From an uncultured Rickettsiales bacterium (GTDB lineage Bacteria > Myxococcota_A > UBA796 > UBA9615 > JAKLKC01): a stretch of DNA of 56,454 nucleotides. Below, piece by piece: positions 9,072 to 18,253 of this stretch (position 1 is the first letter of the stretch; the number at the start of each line of letters is the position of its first letter). The DNA lies in contig CAYRTW010000001.1 of assembly GCA_964426935.1 (NCBI GenBank), positions 1 to 56,454 of the forward strand, written 5' to 3'. Under the pieces are notes generated by a model that searched no databases, was not told the origin of the DNA, and worked only from the letters and a program-made list of their open reading frames with translations. The translations under genes and the position numbers were made by a program.

Positions 9072-9662
9072 ATGGCCCATCCCCCTCACGACGACACCAC
9101 GCTCATCCGCCTCGCCCGATCAGGGGATTCCGCCTCGTTTCGGGGCCTGATGTTGCGCTACCAGGGGAGGATGTGGCGCATCGCCTTTCGCGCCGCCGGA
9201 GACACCGCCTCCGCCGAGGATCTCCTCCAGGACATCTGGGTAAAGGTGCATCGGGCCTTGCCGGTGTTCCGGGACGGCGAGCCCTTCGGTCCCTGGATCA
9301 GCCGCATCGGCACCAACGCCGCCTGCGATTTCCTCAGAAGGAGGGCGGCAAGGCCGCGAGGAGACGTGATCCCCTGGGAGTTGGCGGCGCGAGGCCCCGA
9401 TCCCGAGGCCGTCCTCCTCCATCTGCAACGGGCCAGAAGGGTGAAGGCCGCCCTTCTGGAGATCCCCGCTGAGCAGCGCGAAGCCCTGCTTTTGCGCCAC
9501 TACGCCGACTTGAGCTACGAGGAGATCGCCGTTTCCCTGGAGAGACCGGTGGGAACGGTGAAGACCCTCATCCACCGGGGCCGAGAGCGCTTGAGAACCC
9601 TTCTGGATCCCTCTTTGGAAATGGATGACATCCCATGGACTGCCGACGGGCTAGAGAACTAA
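9072..9662 (+). CDS. ECF-subfamily RNA polymerase sigma-70 factor
   Basis: 196 aa. Region 2 is seen in AEDLLQDIWVKVHRALPVFRDGEPFGPWISRIGTNAACDFLRRR. Region 4 is seen in REALLLRHYADLSYEEIAVSLERPVGTVKTLIHRGRERL. Confidence 0.88.
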   Translation: MAHPPHDDTTLIRLARSGDSASFRGLMLRYQGRMWRIAFRAAGDTASAEDLLQDIWVKVHRALPVFRDGEPFGPWISRIGTNAACDFLRRRAARPRGDVIPWELAARGPDPEAVLLHLQRARRVKAALLEIPAEQREALLLRHYADLSYEEIAVSLERPVGTVKTLIHRGRERLRTLLDPSLEMDDIPWTADGLEN

Positions 9663-10204
9663 ATCAATCCGTCCTGGACGCCATTCAGGATGGTCACCCC
9701 GATCCCCTGTCTACTCAGGAACGGCGGGACGTGGAGGTCCACCGAAGCGCATGCCCCTCTTGCCGCTCCGCCATGGAGGGAGACCAGGCCCTGTTCGCTC
9801 TCCTGGCAGGACCGGAGGTTCCACCTCCCCCCGGAGTGGAGGATTACCTTCCCGAGGGGCTGGACCTGGGAGACTCAGGCCTCCTCCCTGGGGATCGCCC
9901 CCTGCCCCTTCCCTGGCAATGGGTGGGGGCCATTCTGCTGGCGGGTACCCTGGCTGCCCTCACCGTCTTCATGCCGGCGGAGACGGCCCTTCCCGTCAAT
10001 CCTCTGGACTTCCAGGCCCGGGCCCTCCACTCCTTCGCCACCCTCCTCGGCCCCAGCGGCCCCCTGCAACCGGTGGCCCAGGCCGCCGTTCCGGGAATCC
10101 TGGCCCTGGCGGTGCTGCTGGACCTCCTGTTGATGGCCGCATTCTGGCGTGGACTCCGGCGGACCCCTTCCCGCCTGCCCTCCTCCTTCGAGCCTCGGCC
10201 ATGA
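9635..10204 (+). CDS. Anti-sigma factor, zf-HC2 type, membrane-spanning
   Basis: It overlaps the sigma gene by 28 bp. HRSACPSC matches the H-x3-C-x2-C zinc motif. One predicted TM segment, WVGAILLAGTLAALTVF, follows. Confidence 0.6.
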   Translation: MDCRRARELNQSVLDAIQDGHPDPLSTQERRDVEVHRSACPSCRSAMEGDQALFALLAGPEVPPPPGVEDYLPEGLDLGDSGLLPGDRPLPLPWQWVGAILLAGTLAALTVFMPAETALPVNPLDFQARALHSFATLLGPSGPLQPVAQAAVPGILALAVLLDLLLMAAFWRGLRRTPSRLPSSFEPRP

Positions 10205-10731
10205 CTGAAATGTCCCTGGCCCCCCTCCTGTACGCCGTGGTAGCCGCCTTGGCCATGCTCCTTTCGGTGGGTGCGGCCATGGTGCTGATGGCGGCCCTGG
10301 CCCCGGAGTTTCGTAGAGGAATCGAGGGATACATGGGACAGGAAGGGGGAGTCTCCCTGCTGGCGGGGCTGGCGGTGATGGCCCACGTCGGACTTCTGGT
10401 GCTGGTGCTCCTCCCTCGGGGGCCCCTGGGACTGGCGGCGTCGGGGGTGCTTCTCTCGGGAATGGTGGGCCTTCAAGTGCTGGGCCTTTCTGCGGTAGCC
10501 CTCCGTCTGGGACGCCGCATCCTTCTCCTCCGGGAGGCTTCATCCCTGCCCTCGGAACTCGCCTGCCTTCTGGTGGGCACGCCCATCCTCCTTCTGACCA
10601 CCTTCGTCCCCCTCTTTGGCTGGCTGGTGATGAGCTATGCGGTCATCCTGGGGTTGGGAGCGACCGTTCGGGGTCTGGTGGACGCTGCCTTGAAGGGGAG
10701 GCGGTCCCATCCCGTGGGGATTTCCGGCTGA
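10201..10731 (+). CDS. Polytopic membrane protein of unknown function
   Basis: ATG at 10201 overlaps the anti-sigma stop (ATGA). 176 aa with 4-5 hydrophobic helices (LLYAVVAALAMLLSVGAAMVLMAAL, LLAGLAVMAHVGLLVLVLL, and others). Confidence 0.55.
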   Translation: MTEMSLAPLLYAVVAALAMLLSVGAAMVLMAALAPEFRRGIEGYMGQEGGVSLLAGLAVMAHVGLLVLVLLPRGPLGLAASGVLLSGMVGLQVLGLSAVALRLGRRILLLREASSLPSELACLLVGTPILLLTTFVPLFGWLVMSYAVILGLGATVRGLVDAALKGRRSHPVGISG

Positions 10732-10829
10732 ACAAGGGCTGGGGAAATCCACCCGAGGAGGAGGCGGCGCAGGGTGCCGAATCCCCCACCTGCGAGTAGA
10801 CTGACCCCTCTTCTTTGTCGCGGGGGATC

Positions 10830-12146
10830 ATGGATCGCCTCTTCTCCTTCATCGGTCTGTTTGGGCTGGTGGCCATCGCCTGGGCCGTGTCTGCGGATCG
10901 CCGCCGCTTCCCACTCCGGGTGGTCCTCATCGGCCTTTCTCTCCAACTGCTCTTCGGGCTGGTGGTGCTTTCCCAGGAGGTCCAGCAGTTCTTCTTTGAT
11001 TGGGTGGATGCCGGGGTGCGAAGGCTGCTGAGCTTTTCCGAAGCCGGCGCCGACTTTGTTTTCCAGTCGGTGGAACCCCACCAGATCGCCGACCAGAGTG
11101 GCAAGCTGACCTTCTACGCCGGTCACATCTCCCCCCCCTTGAAGACCTTCGCCTTCTGGATCCTCCCCTCCATCATCTTCTTCTCCTCCCTGATGGCGGT
11201 CAGCTACCACCTGGGCCTGATGCAAAAGCTGGTCAAGGGAATGGCCTGGGTGATGCATCGCACCATGAAGACCTCAGGGGCGGAAACCCTCTCCACCGCC
11301 GCCAACGTGTTCCTGGGTCAGACCGAGGCCCCCCTTCTGGTAAAGCCCTTCGTGGCCGGAATGACCCGCTCTGAGCTGTTCTGCGTGATGCTGGGCGGTT
11401 TTGCCAACACCGCCGGCGGGGTCCTGGCCGCCTACGTGGGCTTCCTCAAGGACATTCCCGGCATCGCCGGTCATCTGGTCACCTCCTCCATCCTCTCCGC
11501 CCCTGCCACCCTGGTCATTGCCAAGGTGATGATGCCGGAGACTCAAGTCCCCCAGACCGCAGGGACCCTGACCCTCAGCGGAGAGAGACCGGATCGCAAC
11601 GTGATGGAGGCGGCTGCCCGGGGGGCCCAGGAGGGCATGACCTTGGCCATCAACGTCGCCGCCATGCTCATCGCCTTTGTGGCCCTGGTGGCCTGCATCG
11701 ACTTCCTCCTTTCCTTGGCACCGCTAGGATTCTGTAGCGATGGCGCTCACTTGGGCTTTGCAACCGGTTGTGACGGCCTCTCCCTCTCCCGCATCTGCGG
11801 ATGGGTGTTCACCCCCATCGCCCTCCTCCTGGGAGTCCCCTGGGACGAAGCCCCCAGGGTGGGGGTGCTCCTGGGAGAAAAGATGGTCCTCACCGAATTC
11901 ATCGCCTACGTCCACCTGGGGGAGATCATGGAATCTGCCCACCCCCTCTCCCAGCGCAGCGCCGTCATCGCGTCTTACGCCTTGTGCGGTTTCGCCAACT
12001 TCGCCTCCATCGGCATCCAACTCGGAGGGATCGGCGGCATGGCCCCCTCTCGAATGGGAGATCTGGCGGAATTGGGATTCAAGGCCATGATCGGCGGGTC
12101 CCTGGCCACCTTCATGACCGCCTGCGTGGCGGGGATTCTTTTATGA
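10830..12146 (+). CDS. nupC: NupC/CNT-family concentrative nucleoside transporter
   Basis: MDRLFSFIGLFGLVAIAWAVSADRR at the N-terminus. Conserved LGQTEAPLLVKPF, and CGFANFASIGIQLGG near the C-terminus. An alternative TTG start exists at 10815. Confidence 0.85.
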   Translation: MDRLFSFIGLFGLVAIAWAVSADRRRFPLRVVLIGLSLQLLFGLVVLSQEVQQFFFDWVDAGVRRLLSFSEAGADFVFQSVEPHQIADQSGKLTFYAGHISPPLKTFAFWILPSIIFFSSLMAVSYHLGLMQKLVKGMAWVMHRTMKTSGAETLSTAANVFLGQTEAPLLVKPFVAGMTRSELFCVMLGGFANTAGGVLAAYVGFLKDIPGIAGHLVTSSILSAPATLVIAKVMMPETQVPQTAGTLTLSGERPDRNVMEAAARGAQEGMTLAINVAAMLIAFVALVACIDFLLSLAPLGFCSDGAHLGFATGCDGLSLSRICGWVFTPIALLLGVPWDEAPRVGVLLGEKMVLTEFIAYVHLGEIMESAHPLSQRSAVIASYALCGFANFASIGIQLGGIGGMAPSRMGDLAELGFKAMIGGSLATFMTACVAGILL

Positions 12147-13837
12147 TTTCATCATCTTATATTCGCCGGTCTTTGCTGATATTCCCGCTGGCGATCCCCT
12201 TCATCTCCTGCTCCGACAAGGAGGTTCCTCCCCGTCCAGCCGATCCGTCGACCTCCTCGGCCTCCTCCACTCCTGTCCGCGGCGAAACCCTGGTGGTGGC
12301 AGCGATGTCGGATTACGACGCCCTGATGCCCCCCACTTACCTGGCGGCAGCGACGGGGGACGTGGTGCAGCAGATCTTCCCCCAGCCCTTCGACATGGTT
12401 TGGAAGGAGGGCCTGGAGGTGAAGCCCCGGGCCGTGGAGAAGTGGGAGTGGAACCCTGCCCACACCGAGCTGACCCTTCATTTCCGCCCGGGAATGACCT
12501 GGGGGGATGGCCAGCCCATCACCGCCCACGATTACTTGTTCTCCTGGGATCTCATCCGGGATCCCGCCACCGGCTCGTCCCGGCGCGAATATTCAGAGTT
12601 CCTTGATCCCGCCAAAGGCGTGGTGGCCATTGATGATCTCACCGCCCGACTCACCTTCACCCAAGCGTACGACGAAGCAGCGATGATGGGCCACGCCGCC
12701 ATCACCGGAATCCTCCCGCGCCACATCCTGAAGGACGCACAAAGGAGCGCCTTGAGGGGCCACGACTTCGGGTTTGCCCCCCTGGCCGGGGGACCTTTCC
12801 GGGTGACCCGCTACGTTCGCAACCAACAGCTCACCCTGGAGAGAAATGAGGCGGTCCGGGAGACCAACGCTCCTTTCCTGAACCGGGTGGTCTTCAAGAT
12901 CATCCCCGAGTACACCAGCCGAATCCAGGAATTGGAGAACGGTTCGGTAGACATGGTGGAGCAGGTGAGCGTGGAGGATTACGCCCGCCTGAAAAAATCC
13001 CACCCGGAGCTGAACTTCAAGACCCGAGGGTGGAAGCCGGTGGAGTACATCACCTGGAACATGGAGGATCCTCTCTTCGCCGATGTCAAGGTTCGCACCG
13101 CCCTGGCCCTGGCGGTGAACATCGATGAGTTGATGAAGACCCTGCTGGCCACCCCGGAACGGGTCTTCGCCCGGCGAGCAGTGAGCACCCTGACTCCGGA
13201 GCTCAAGGCCTTCTTCAACGACGCCATCACTCCCCTTCCCTTCGACCCCGGGAAAGCACGGACCCTGCTACAGGAGGCGGGCTACCGGGACACCAACGGG
13301 GACGGAGTGGTGGAGAAGAATGGCGTTCCCCTGAGTTTTCGCCTGGACACCAATGCCGGCAACGCTCGTCGGGCCAAGGCAGGCGTCCTCCTCCAGAAGA
13401 TGTGGAAGGCTGTAGGCGTGAAGGTGGAACTTCAGCAGGTGGAGACCAACGCCTTTTTTGGGTCGCTTCGAGACCACAAATATCAGGCTGGCCTCACCGG
13501 ATGGACCTCCCGGGCGTGGATGGATCCCCGAGGAGAGTTCGGCTGCGCCACCCCGACCCTCAAGCGCCCCTTCAACAGCTCGGGCTTCTGCGACCCCTCC
13601 TTGGACTCTCTCATCCAAGGGGCGTTGACCGAGGTAGACCGCAGCAAGTCCGCCCCCCAGTGGAAGGAAATTCAGGCTCGCATCTACGCCGCCCAGCCTT
13701 ATCTTTTCCTCTACTGGCGAGAAGAAATCGTGGCCATCCATCGCCGCTTTCAGAACGTGCAGACCGGATTCATGTCCACCTTCGACCACCTCTACCAGTG
13801 GCATGTGCCCACCGGCGAACAGAAACGCCCCCACTGA
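12143..13837 (+). CDS. ABC-transporter family-5 solute-binding lipoprotein (Opp/Dpp/Nik-like)
   Basis: ATG at 12143 overlaps the nupC stop (ATGA). MISSSYIRRSLLIFPLAIPFISC is a lipoprotein signal. WGDGQPITAHDYLFSW and GGPFRVTRYVRNQQLTLERN are typical SBP_bac_5 blocks. No permease or ATPase genes are nearby. Confidence 0.8.
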   Translation: MISSSYIRRSLLIFPLAIPFISCSDKEVPPRPADPSTSSASSTPVRGETLVVAAMSDYDALMPPTYLAAATGDVVQQIFPQPFDMVWKEGLEVKPRAVEKWEWNPAHTELTLHFRPGMTWGDGQPITAHDYLFSWDLIRDPATGSSRREYSEFLDPAKGVVAIDDLTARLTFTQAYDEAAMMGHAAITGILPRHILKDAQRSALRGHDFGFAPLAGGPFRVTRYVRNQQLTLERNEAVRETNAPFLNRVVFKIIPEYTSRIQELENGSVDMVEQVSVEDYARLKKSHPELNFKTRGWKPVEYITWNMEDPLFADVKVRTALALAVNIDELMKTLLATPERVFARRAVSTLTPELKAFFNDAITPLPFDPGKARTLLQEAGYRDTNGDGVVEKNGVPLSFRLDTNAGNARRAKAGVLLQKMWKAVGVKVELQQVETNAFFGSLRDHKYQAGLTGWTSRAWMDPRGEFGCATPTLKRPFNSSGFCDPSLDSLIQGALTEVDRSKSAPQWKEIQARIYAAQPYLFLYWREEIVAIHRRFQNVQTGFMSTFDHLYQWHVPTGEQKRPH

Positions 13838-13856
13838 CCGGGGCAGGAAAACTTCC

Positions 13857-14183
13857 ATGATCGACGAAAAACTCTACGAAACCCTGCTTCGAGAGGCGTG
13901 GCGGCGCTTCGATCTGGCAACCCGGGACTGCGATCCGGATGTGCTGGACTGTGAAAGCACCGAGGGACGGTTCCTGATGAAGTCAGCGGCGGGAAGTTCG
14001 GTGATCATCACCCCCCAGCGGCCGGTGCGACAGATCTGGGTAGCCACCCGGGGGCAAGGCCTTCACTTCTCCTTTGACGAGGAGGCCAAGGAGTGGAAGG
14101 ACGACAAGGGAAAAGGCCTGGAACTGTTCAGTTTTCTCAATCAGGCCGTCCAGGACGCCTCGGGAGAGGAGTTGGAGTTCTAG
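13857..14183 (+). CDS. cyaY: Frataxin-like iron donor protein CyaY
   Basis: 108 aa. VIITPQRPVRQIWVATRGQGLHF aligns by eye with E. coli CyaY [23 protein letters not shown]. The N-terminal acidic helix is also present. Confidence 0.85.
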   Translation: MIDEKLYETLLREAWRRFDLATRDCDPDVLDCESTEGRFLMKSAAGSSVIITPQRPVRQIWVATRGQGLHFSFDEEAKEWKDDKGKGLELFSFLNQAVQDASGEELEF

Positions 14184-14470
14184 CCGGGACGGGCCCGGTT
14201 CAGGGCTTCGGCGTCCCTCTTCTTGCGGGCCTCTCGACGAGAGACCATCACTCCCGCCACCAGGGCCAGGGTCCCCCCCATGCCTCCTCCCACCGCCTGA
14301 AGTTGGAGCACGTTCTTGGTGGTGGAGCGAATGAGATCGGCGCACATGCACTGCGCCTGAACGTCGGTGGGGGTGCCGGTGTACACCAGGAGGGGACCGA
14401 TACCGAAGCTGACCAGCACCACCCCCAGCATCGCCCCCGCCAACACCAGCATCGCGATCTGCGTGAACAT
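14180..14470 (-). CDS. Small two-TM membrane protein, unknown function
   Basis: 96 aa. AGGAGG sits 8 nt upstream of the ATG, and third-position GC is strong. Two hydrophobic helices flank a CMC motif, and the tail is basic. It lies downstream of mgtE on the same strand. Confidence 0.55.
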   Translation of the reverse strand: MFTQIAMLVLAGAMLGVVLVSFGIGPLLVYTGTPTDVQAQCMCADLIRSTTKNVLQLQAVGGGMGGTLALVAGVMVSRREARKKRDAEALNRARPG

Positions 14471-14561
14471 CCTTCTTGCCTCCTGGCGCCCGGGAGGAGG
14501 CCCCGGCGCGGCAGCGATGGTGTCCCCCTCTCCCTCTCCCTGTCAACGCACACCCCCTTCT

Positions 14562-15920
14562 TCACCCCAGGATCCGACCCAGAAACAAGGTCGCCACCCC
14601 CAAGAACGCAAGGAATCCGCACACATCGGTAAAGGTGGTCAGGATCACCCCCGCTCCCACCGCCGGATCTCCTCCCATCGCTCGCACCGCCAGGGGAACC
14701 GCCGCCCCCGCCACTCCCGCCACGGTCAGATTGGCCAGCATCGCCAGGAACAGGACCAGCCCCAGCCAGGGGTTCCCCTTCCACACCCAGGCCACCCCCG
14801 CCACCACCATCCCCATGATGGCTCCGATGCTCAACCCCACCAACAGTTCCTTGCCCACCGCCCTCATCACTTTCTGGGGGGGAACCTCGTCCAAGGCGAT
14901 GCCTCGGGTCATCACCGCCAGGGCCTGGGTGCCGGTGTTTCCTCCCATTCCCGCCACCACCGGCATGAAGGTCGCCAGCAGGGGGGCCTTGTCGATGGAG
15001 TCCTCAAACATTCCCACCACCGACGCCGCCAGCAGGGCCGTCCCCACGTTGATGCACATCCAGGGCAGGCGCTTCCTGAGGGACCGCAGCGGGGAGCCCA
15101 GGGGCCGGTCTCCCTCCGACACTCCCGCCAGCCGGACCACATCCTCGGCGGCGTCCTCGGCGATCACCTCGATGACGTCGTCCACGGTGATCACCCCCAC
15201 CAGCTTTCCTTCGGCATCCACCACCGGCACCGCCAGGAGCTCGTACATGGTCAGGGTGTCGGCGGCGTCCCGCTGGGAATCGGTGGCCAGCACCCTGACC
15301 GGCTCGGCCCTCATGATCTCCCGCACCGGAGTAGAGGGATCCCGGGTCAGCAGGGGGCGAATGGGGAGAACCCCTTGAAGGCGACCCTGGCCATCCACCG
15401 CGTACAGGTAGAAGAGGGACTGGTCGGCCCGATCTCCGGCATGGCGTAGCAGATCCACCGCTTCGGAGATGGTCGCCTCCTCGGGGACCATGATGTAGCG
15501 GTCGGTGGCCAGGCGCCCCGCCGACTCCAGGGGCCAGGCCAGGAATCGCTTGAGAGCCTGGAGGGAATCGGGGGGAAGAAGCTCCAGAACAGCTTCCCGC
15601 CGACTCTCGGGAAGGAGATGGAGAAAATATCCGGCATCGTCCTGGGCCAGCCTGTGCACCACCGCCGCCAACCGCGCCGGGGAGAGATCGGCCAGGACCT
15701 CGGTGAGGAGAGGATCGGGCAGCTCCCTCAAGGTGGGGGCGGCCAGCCGGGCCTCCGCCAGGGCCTCCACCATGCGGCGCCGGTCCGGTACGGGCAGCTC
15801 GGCCAGCAGTTCCGCCAGCTCAGCGGGATGGAACTTCCGCAGGGCCCTCTGCACATGAGGACCGGGACCATGGCGCAGGAGTCGGCGGAGGAACTCCGCC
15901 TGATGCGACTGGAGATGCAT
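14562..15920 (-). CDS. mgtE: Magnesium transporter MgtE
   Basis: 452 aa. The N-domain (ELAELLAELP) is followed by tandem CBS domains (VDGQGRLQGVLPIRPLL, VVDAEGKLVGVITVDDV). The C-terminal TM domain has PFMPVVAGMGGNTGTQ-type and DVCGFLAFLG blocks. Confidence 0.9.
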   Translation of the reverse strand: MHLQSHQAEFLRRLLRHGPGPHVQRALRKFHPAELAELLAELPVPDRRRMVEALAEARLAAPTLRELPDPLLTEVLADLSPARLAAVVHRLAQDDAGYFLHLLPESRREAVLELLPPDSLQALKRFLAWPLESAGRLATDRYIMVPEEATISEAVDLLRHAGDRADQSLFYLYAVDGQGRLQGVLPIRPLLTRDPSTPVREIMRAEPVRVLATDSQRDAADTLTMYELLAVPVVDAEGKLVGVITVDDVIEVIAEDAAEDVVRLAGVSEGDRPLGSPLRSLRKRLPWMCINVGTALLAASVVGMFEDSIDKAPLLATFMPVVAGMGGNTGTQALAVMTRGIALDEVPPQKVMRAVGKELLVGLSIGAIMGMVVAGVAWVWKGNPWLGLVLFLAMLANLTVAGVAGAAVPLAVRAMGGDPAVGAGVILTTFTDVCGFLAFLGVATLFLGRILG

Positions 15921-16230
15921 GGAAACACCCTTCCTACCGGAGGGCGTTCCCCCCGACTAGATGAGGTGGGTGCGCGGTTCTGGACCGGGGTCCACGTCGG
16001 CGCTGTCGGGTTGCATACGATTCAGGTTCCTGAAGAGAAGGCACGACCCAGTGGAAATGCCCCACCGGACGCGGCCGGGAATGTAGGCCTCGGCAGCGCA
16101 GAACGCAAGGGAACCCCTCCTCGGAAATCCTCCTTGTGCTGCCTGCTATTTCAGCCCCGTTCCTCATTCTTCGGGGGACTTCGAATGGCAGCCCATTGAA
16201 CTCCTTTCCGGGGAACGCCATGCTGTCCCC

Positions 16231-18219
16231 ATGCCACCGGGACCCCCCCACGACACCGCTCGCCTGAGAAGATCGGTGCGCTACCAGGTCAGCCTCGCTT
16301 TCCTGGCTTGCGCCCTCTGCCTGGTTTCCTGTGTCACCGGGATCATCCTGGCGGAGAGGGTGGTGTCGGATCGCCTGCTGCTGGTCCAGACCGAGCATCG
16401 GGCCGCCTTTGAACTGGGGCGTGGAGTGGACGCCGCCTACACCCGCCTCCTCCTGGCCGCCGTGGCGGAAGGTTCCTCCCCCGGAGCTTTGTTTCCCGAG
16501 GAAACCGTGAGCCTCCTGGCCGCCGATCTGGCCACCAACCTTCAGGGCACCCCCTCCTCCCTGGCCGAGGATTTGGACGCCTTCATCGCCTCCGCTCGCT
16601 CCTGGTGGGTCTCGGGGAGGGCCATTCCTCCTCGCTTCCTGCCTCCCGCCGAGCATCTGGCCGAGTCCTTTCCTCCCCCCCAAGAGGACGAGTCTCCGGG
16701 TGCTGGAACGGATGTGAAAGGGGAATCTTCTCTCCCCGCTGGAGACTCCCCGCCGCTGACCCCCTCTCTCCCCGAGGTGCCTGCTTCCCTCCCGGTGGAT
16801 ACCACCCCCTTTCTGACCATGGACGACGCCTACCGGCGCTTCCGTCTGGACCTGGGCCGTCTCTCCGAAGCCTCCCTCAAGGCCACCCGGGATGAGGTGG
16901 TGAGGTGGACTCCTCTGGCGGTGGCCACTCCCCTTGCTCTGGGACTCCTGGCGGTGTTCTCGGCCCTGCGGATGCGAACCCTCATCAGCGATCCCGTGGA
17001 CGCCCTGACCGCCGCCGCCCAGGCCATCACCCGCGGTCATGAAAGCGTGGAGATCCCCTCCATCGACCCCACCACCGAGTTTGGCGTCCTGGCCGATGCC
17101 CTACGTCAGATGCGCCAGCACCTGGCCCTCACCATTGACGATCTGGCCGAACGCAACGACAGGCTCCGCACCCTGTTTGACTCCATGCCCGAAGGGGCCC
17201 TCCTGGTGGACGGGGAGGGGCGGGTCTCGGCCATGAATCTGCACGTCAACGCCCTTCTGGGTTTGACGGGACCTCGTCGCCTCACTGTGGGATCGGAAAT
17301 CAGCCCAGACGGCGCCCAGCGCCTCCCCTCCCAGCCTCCTAAAGGCATGGATTCCCAGGAAATCTCGGTGATGGAGGGGGACGACGCCCCTCCCCGCACC
17401 ACCCACATCGTACGGCGCCCCCTCTCCAATGCCGACGGTCATTCCCGGGGCTATGTGGCCATCCTCCACGACCTCACTCGCGAGAAGGAAACCGAGCAGG
17501 TCAAGAATGACTTCCTGTCCATCGTCACCCACGAGCTGAAAACCCCCCTCACCGGCATCGAGGGCTACACCCGCCTCCTCATGCTGGGGAGGGCGGGCCC
17601 CCTGACCGATCAGCAGAAGGAATTCCTCCAGATCATTCACCGACAGAGCCAGACCTTGCGGGACATGATCCAGGAATTACTGGATATTTCTCGTATCTCC
17701 GCCGGCCGGATGCAATACACCTTTGCTCCCACCGACGCCGCCCTGTGCTGTGAAAAGGTGGTGGAGTCCCATCGGGCCACCGCCCAGGAACGGGGCCTGG
17801 AGCTTCGCTACGAGCGGAGCGGCGAGCCCCAGCCTGCGGTGGTTTCGGCCGATGCCCAGAGGCTGGAGCAGGTGGTGGGCAATCTTTTGGGGAATGCCTG
17901 CAAGTTCACCCCCACGGGAGGCCGGATCACCGTTCGCTGCATCCTCCGCTCCCAAGAGGTGGAGATCGCCGTGGAAGACAACGGCCGGGGCATCCCCGAA
18001 CGGGACCTGGAGAGGGTGTTCGAGAAGTTCCATCAGGTGGACCACAGCGACACCCGCAAGGCGGGGGGAGTGGGCCTGGGGCTGTACATATGCAAGGAAA
18101 TCGTCACTGCCCACAGCGGTTCCATCCAAGTAGATTCGGAAGTGGGCCGGGGCTCCACCTTTGTGGTGCGCCTGGCTCGGAGTGCCGTTCCAGTTCCGTC
18201 TGAAGAGGCCGCAGTCTGA
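16231..18219 (+). CDS. Membrane sensor histidine kinase (TM - extracytoplasmic region - HAMP - PAS - HisKA - HATPase_c)
   Basis: 662 aa with two TM segments. H-box IVTHELKTPLTGI, N-box GNLLGNACKFTP, and G-boxes DNGRGIP and GGVGLGLYICKEIV. Confidence 0.85.
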   Translation: MPPGPPHDTARLRRSVRYQVSLAFLACALCLVSCVTGIILAERVVSDRLLLVQTEHRAAFELGRGVDAAYTRLLLAAVAEGSSPGALFPEETVSLLAADLATNLQGTPSSLAEDLDAFIASARSWWVSGRAIPPRFLPPAEHLAESFPPPQEDESPGAGTDVKGESSLPAGDSPPLTPSLPEVPASLPVDTTPFLTMDDAYRRFRLDLGRLSEASLKATRDEVVRWTPLAVATPLALGLLAVFSALRMRTLISDPVDALTAAAQAITRGHESVEIPSIDPTTEFGVLADALRQMRQHLALTIDDLAERNDRLRTLFDSMPEGALLVDGEGRVSAMNLHVNALLGLTGPRRLTVGSEISPDGAQRLPSQPPKGMDSQEISVMEGDDAPPRTTHIVRRPLSNADGHSRGYVAILHDLTREKETEQVKNDFLSIVTHELKTPLTGIEGYTRLLMLGRAGPLTDQQKEFLQIIHRQSQTLRDMIQELLDISRISAGRMQYTFAPTDAALCCEKVVESHRATAQERGLELRYERSGEPQPAVVSADAQRLEQVVGNLLGNACKFTPTGGRITVRCILRSQEVEIAVEDNGRGIPERDLERVFEKFHQVDHSDTRKAGGVGLGLYICKEIVTAHSGSIQVDSEVGRGSTFVVRLARSAVPVPSEEAAV

Positions 18220-18253
18220 GGAAGGGTGGGGGGGATGCCCCCGTGGAGGTTCC

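Noticed and set aside
15921-16230. Possible Mg2+ riboswitch (M-box) or other leader in the 310-bp region upstream of mgtE.
   Set aside because: I could not recognise M-box conserved segments or a convincing multi-helix fold by eye. The gap is also simply the divergent promoter region shared with the histidine kinase. A covariance-model scan (Rfam RF00380) would be needed.
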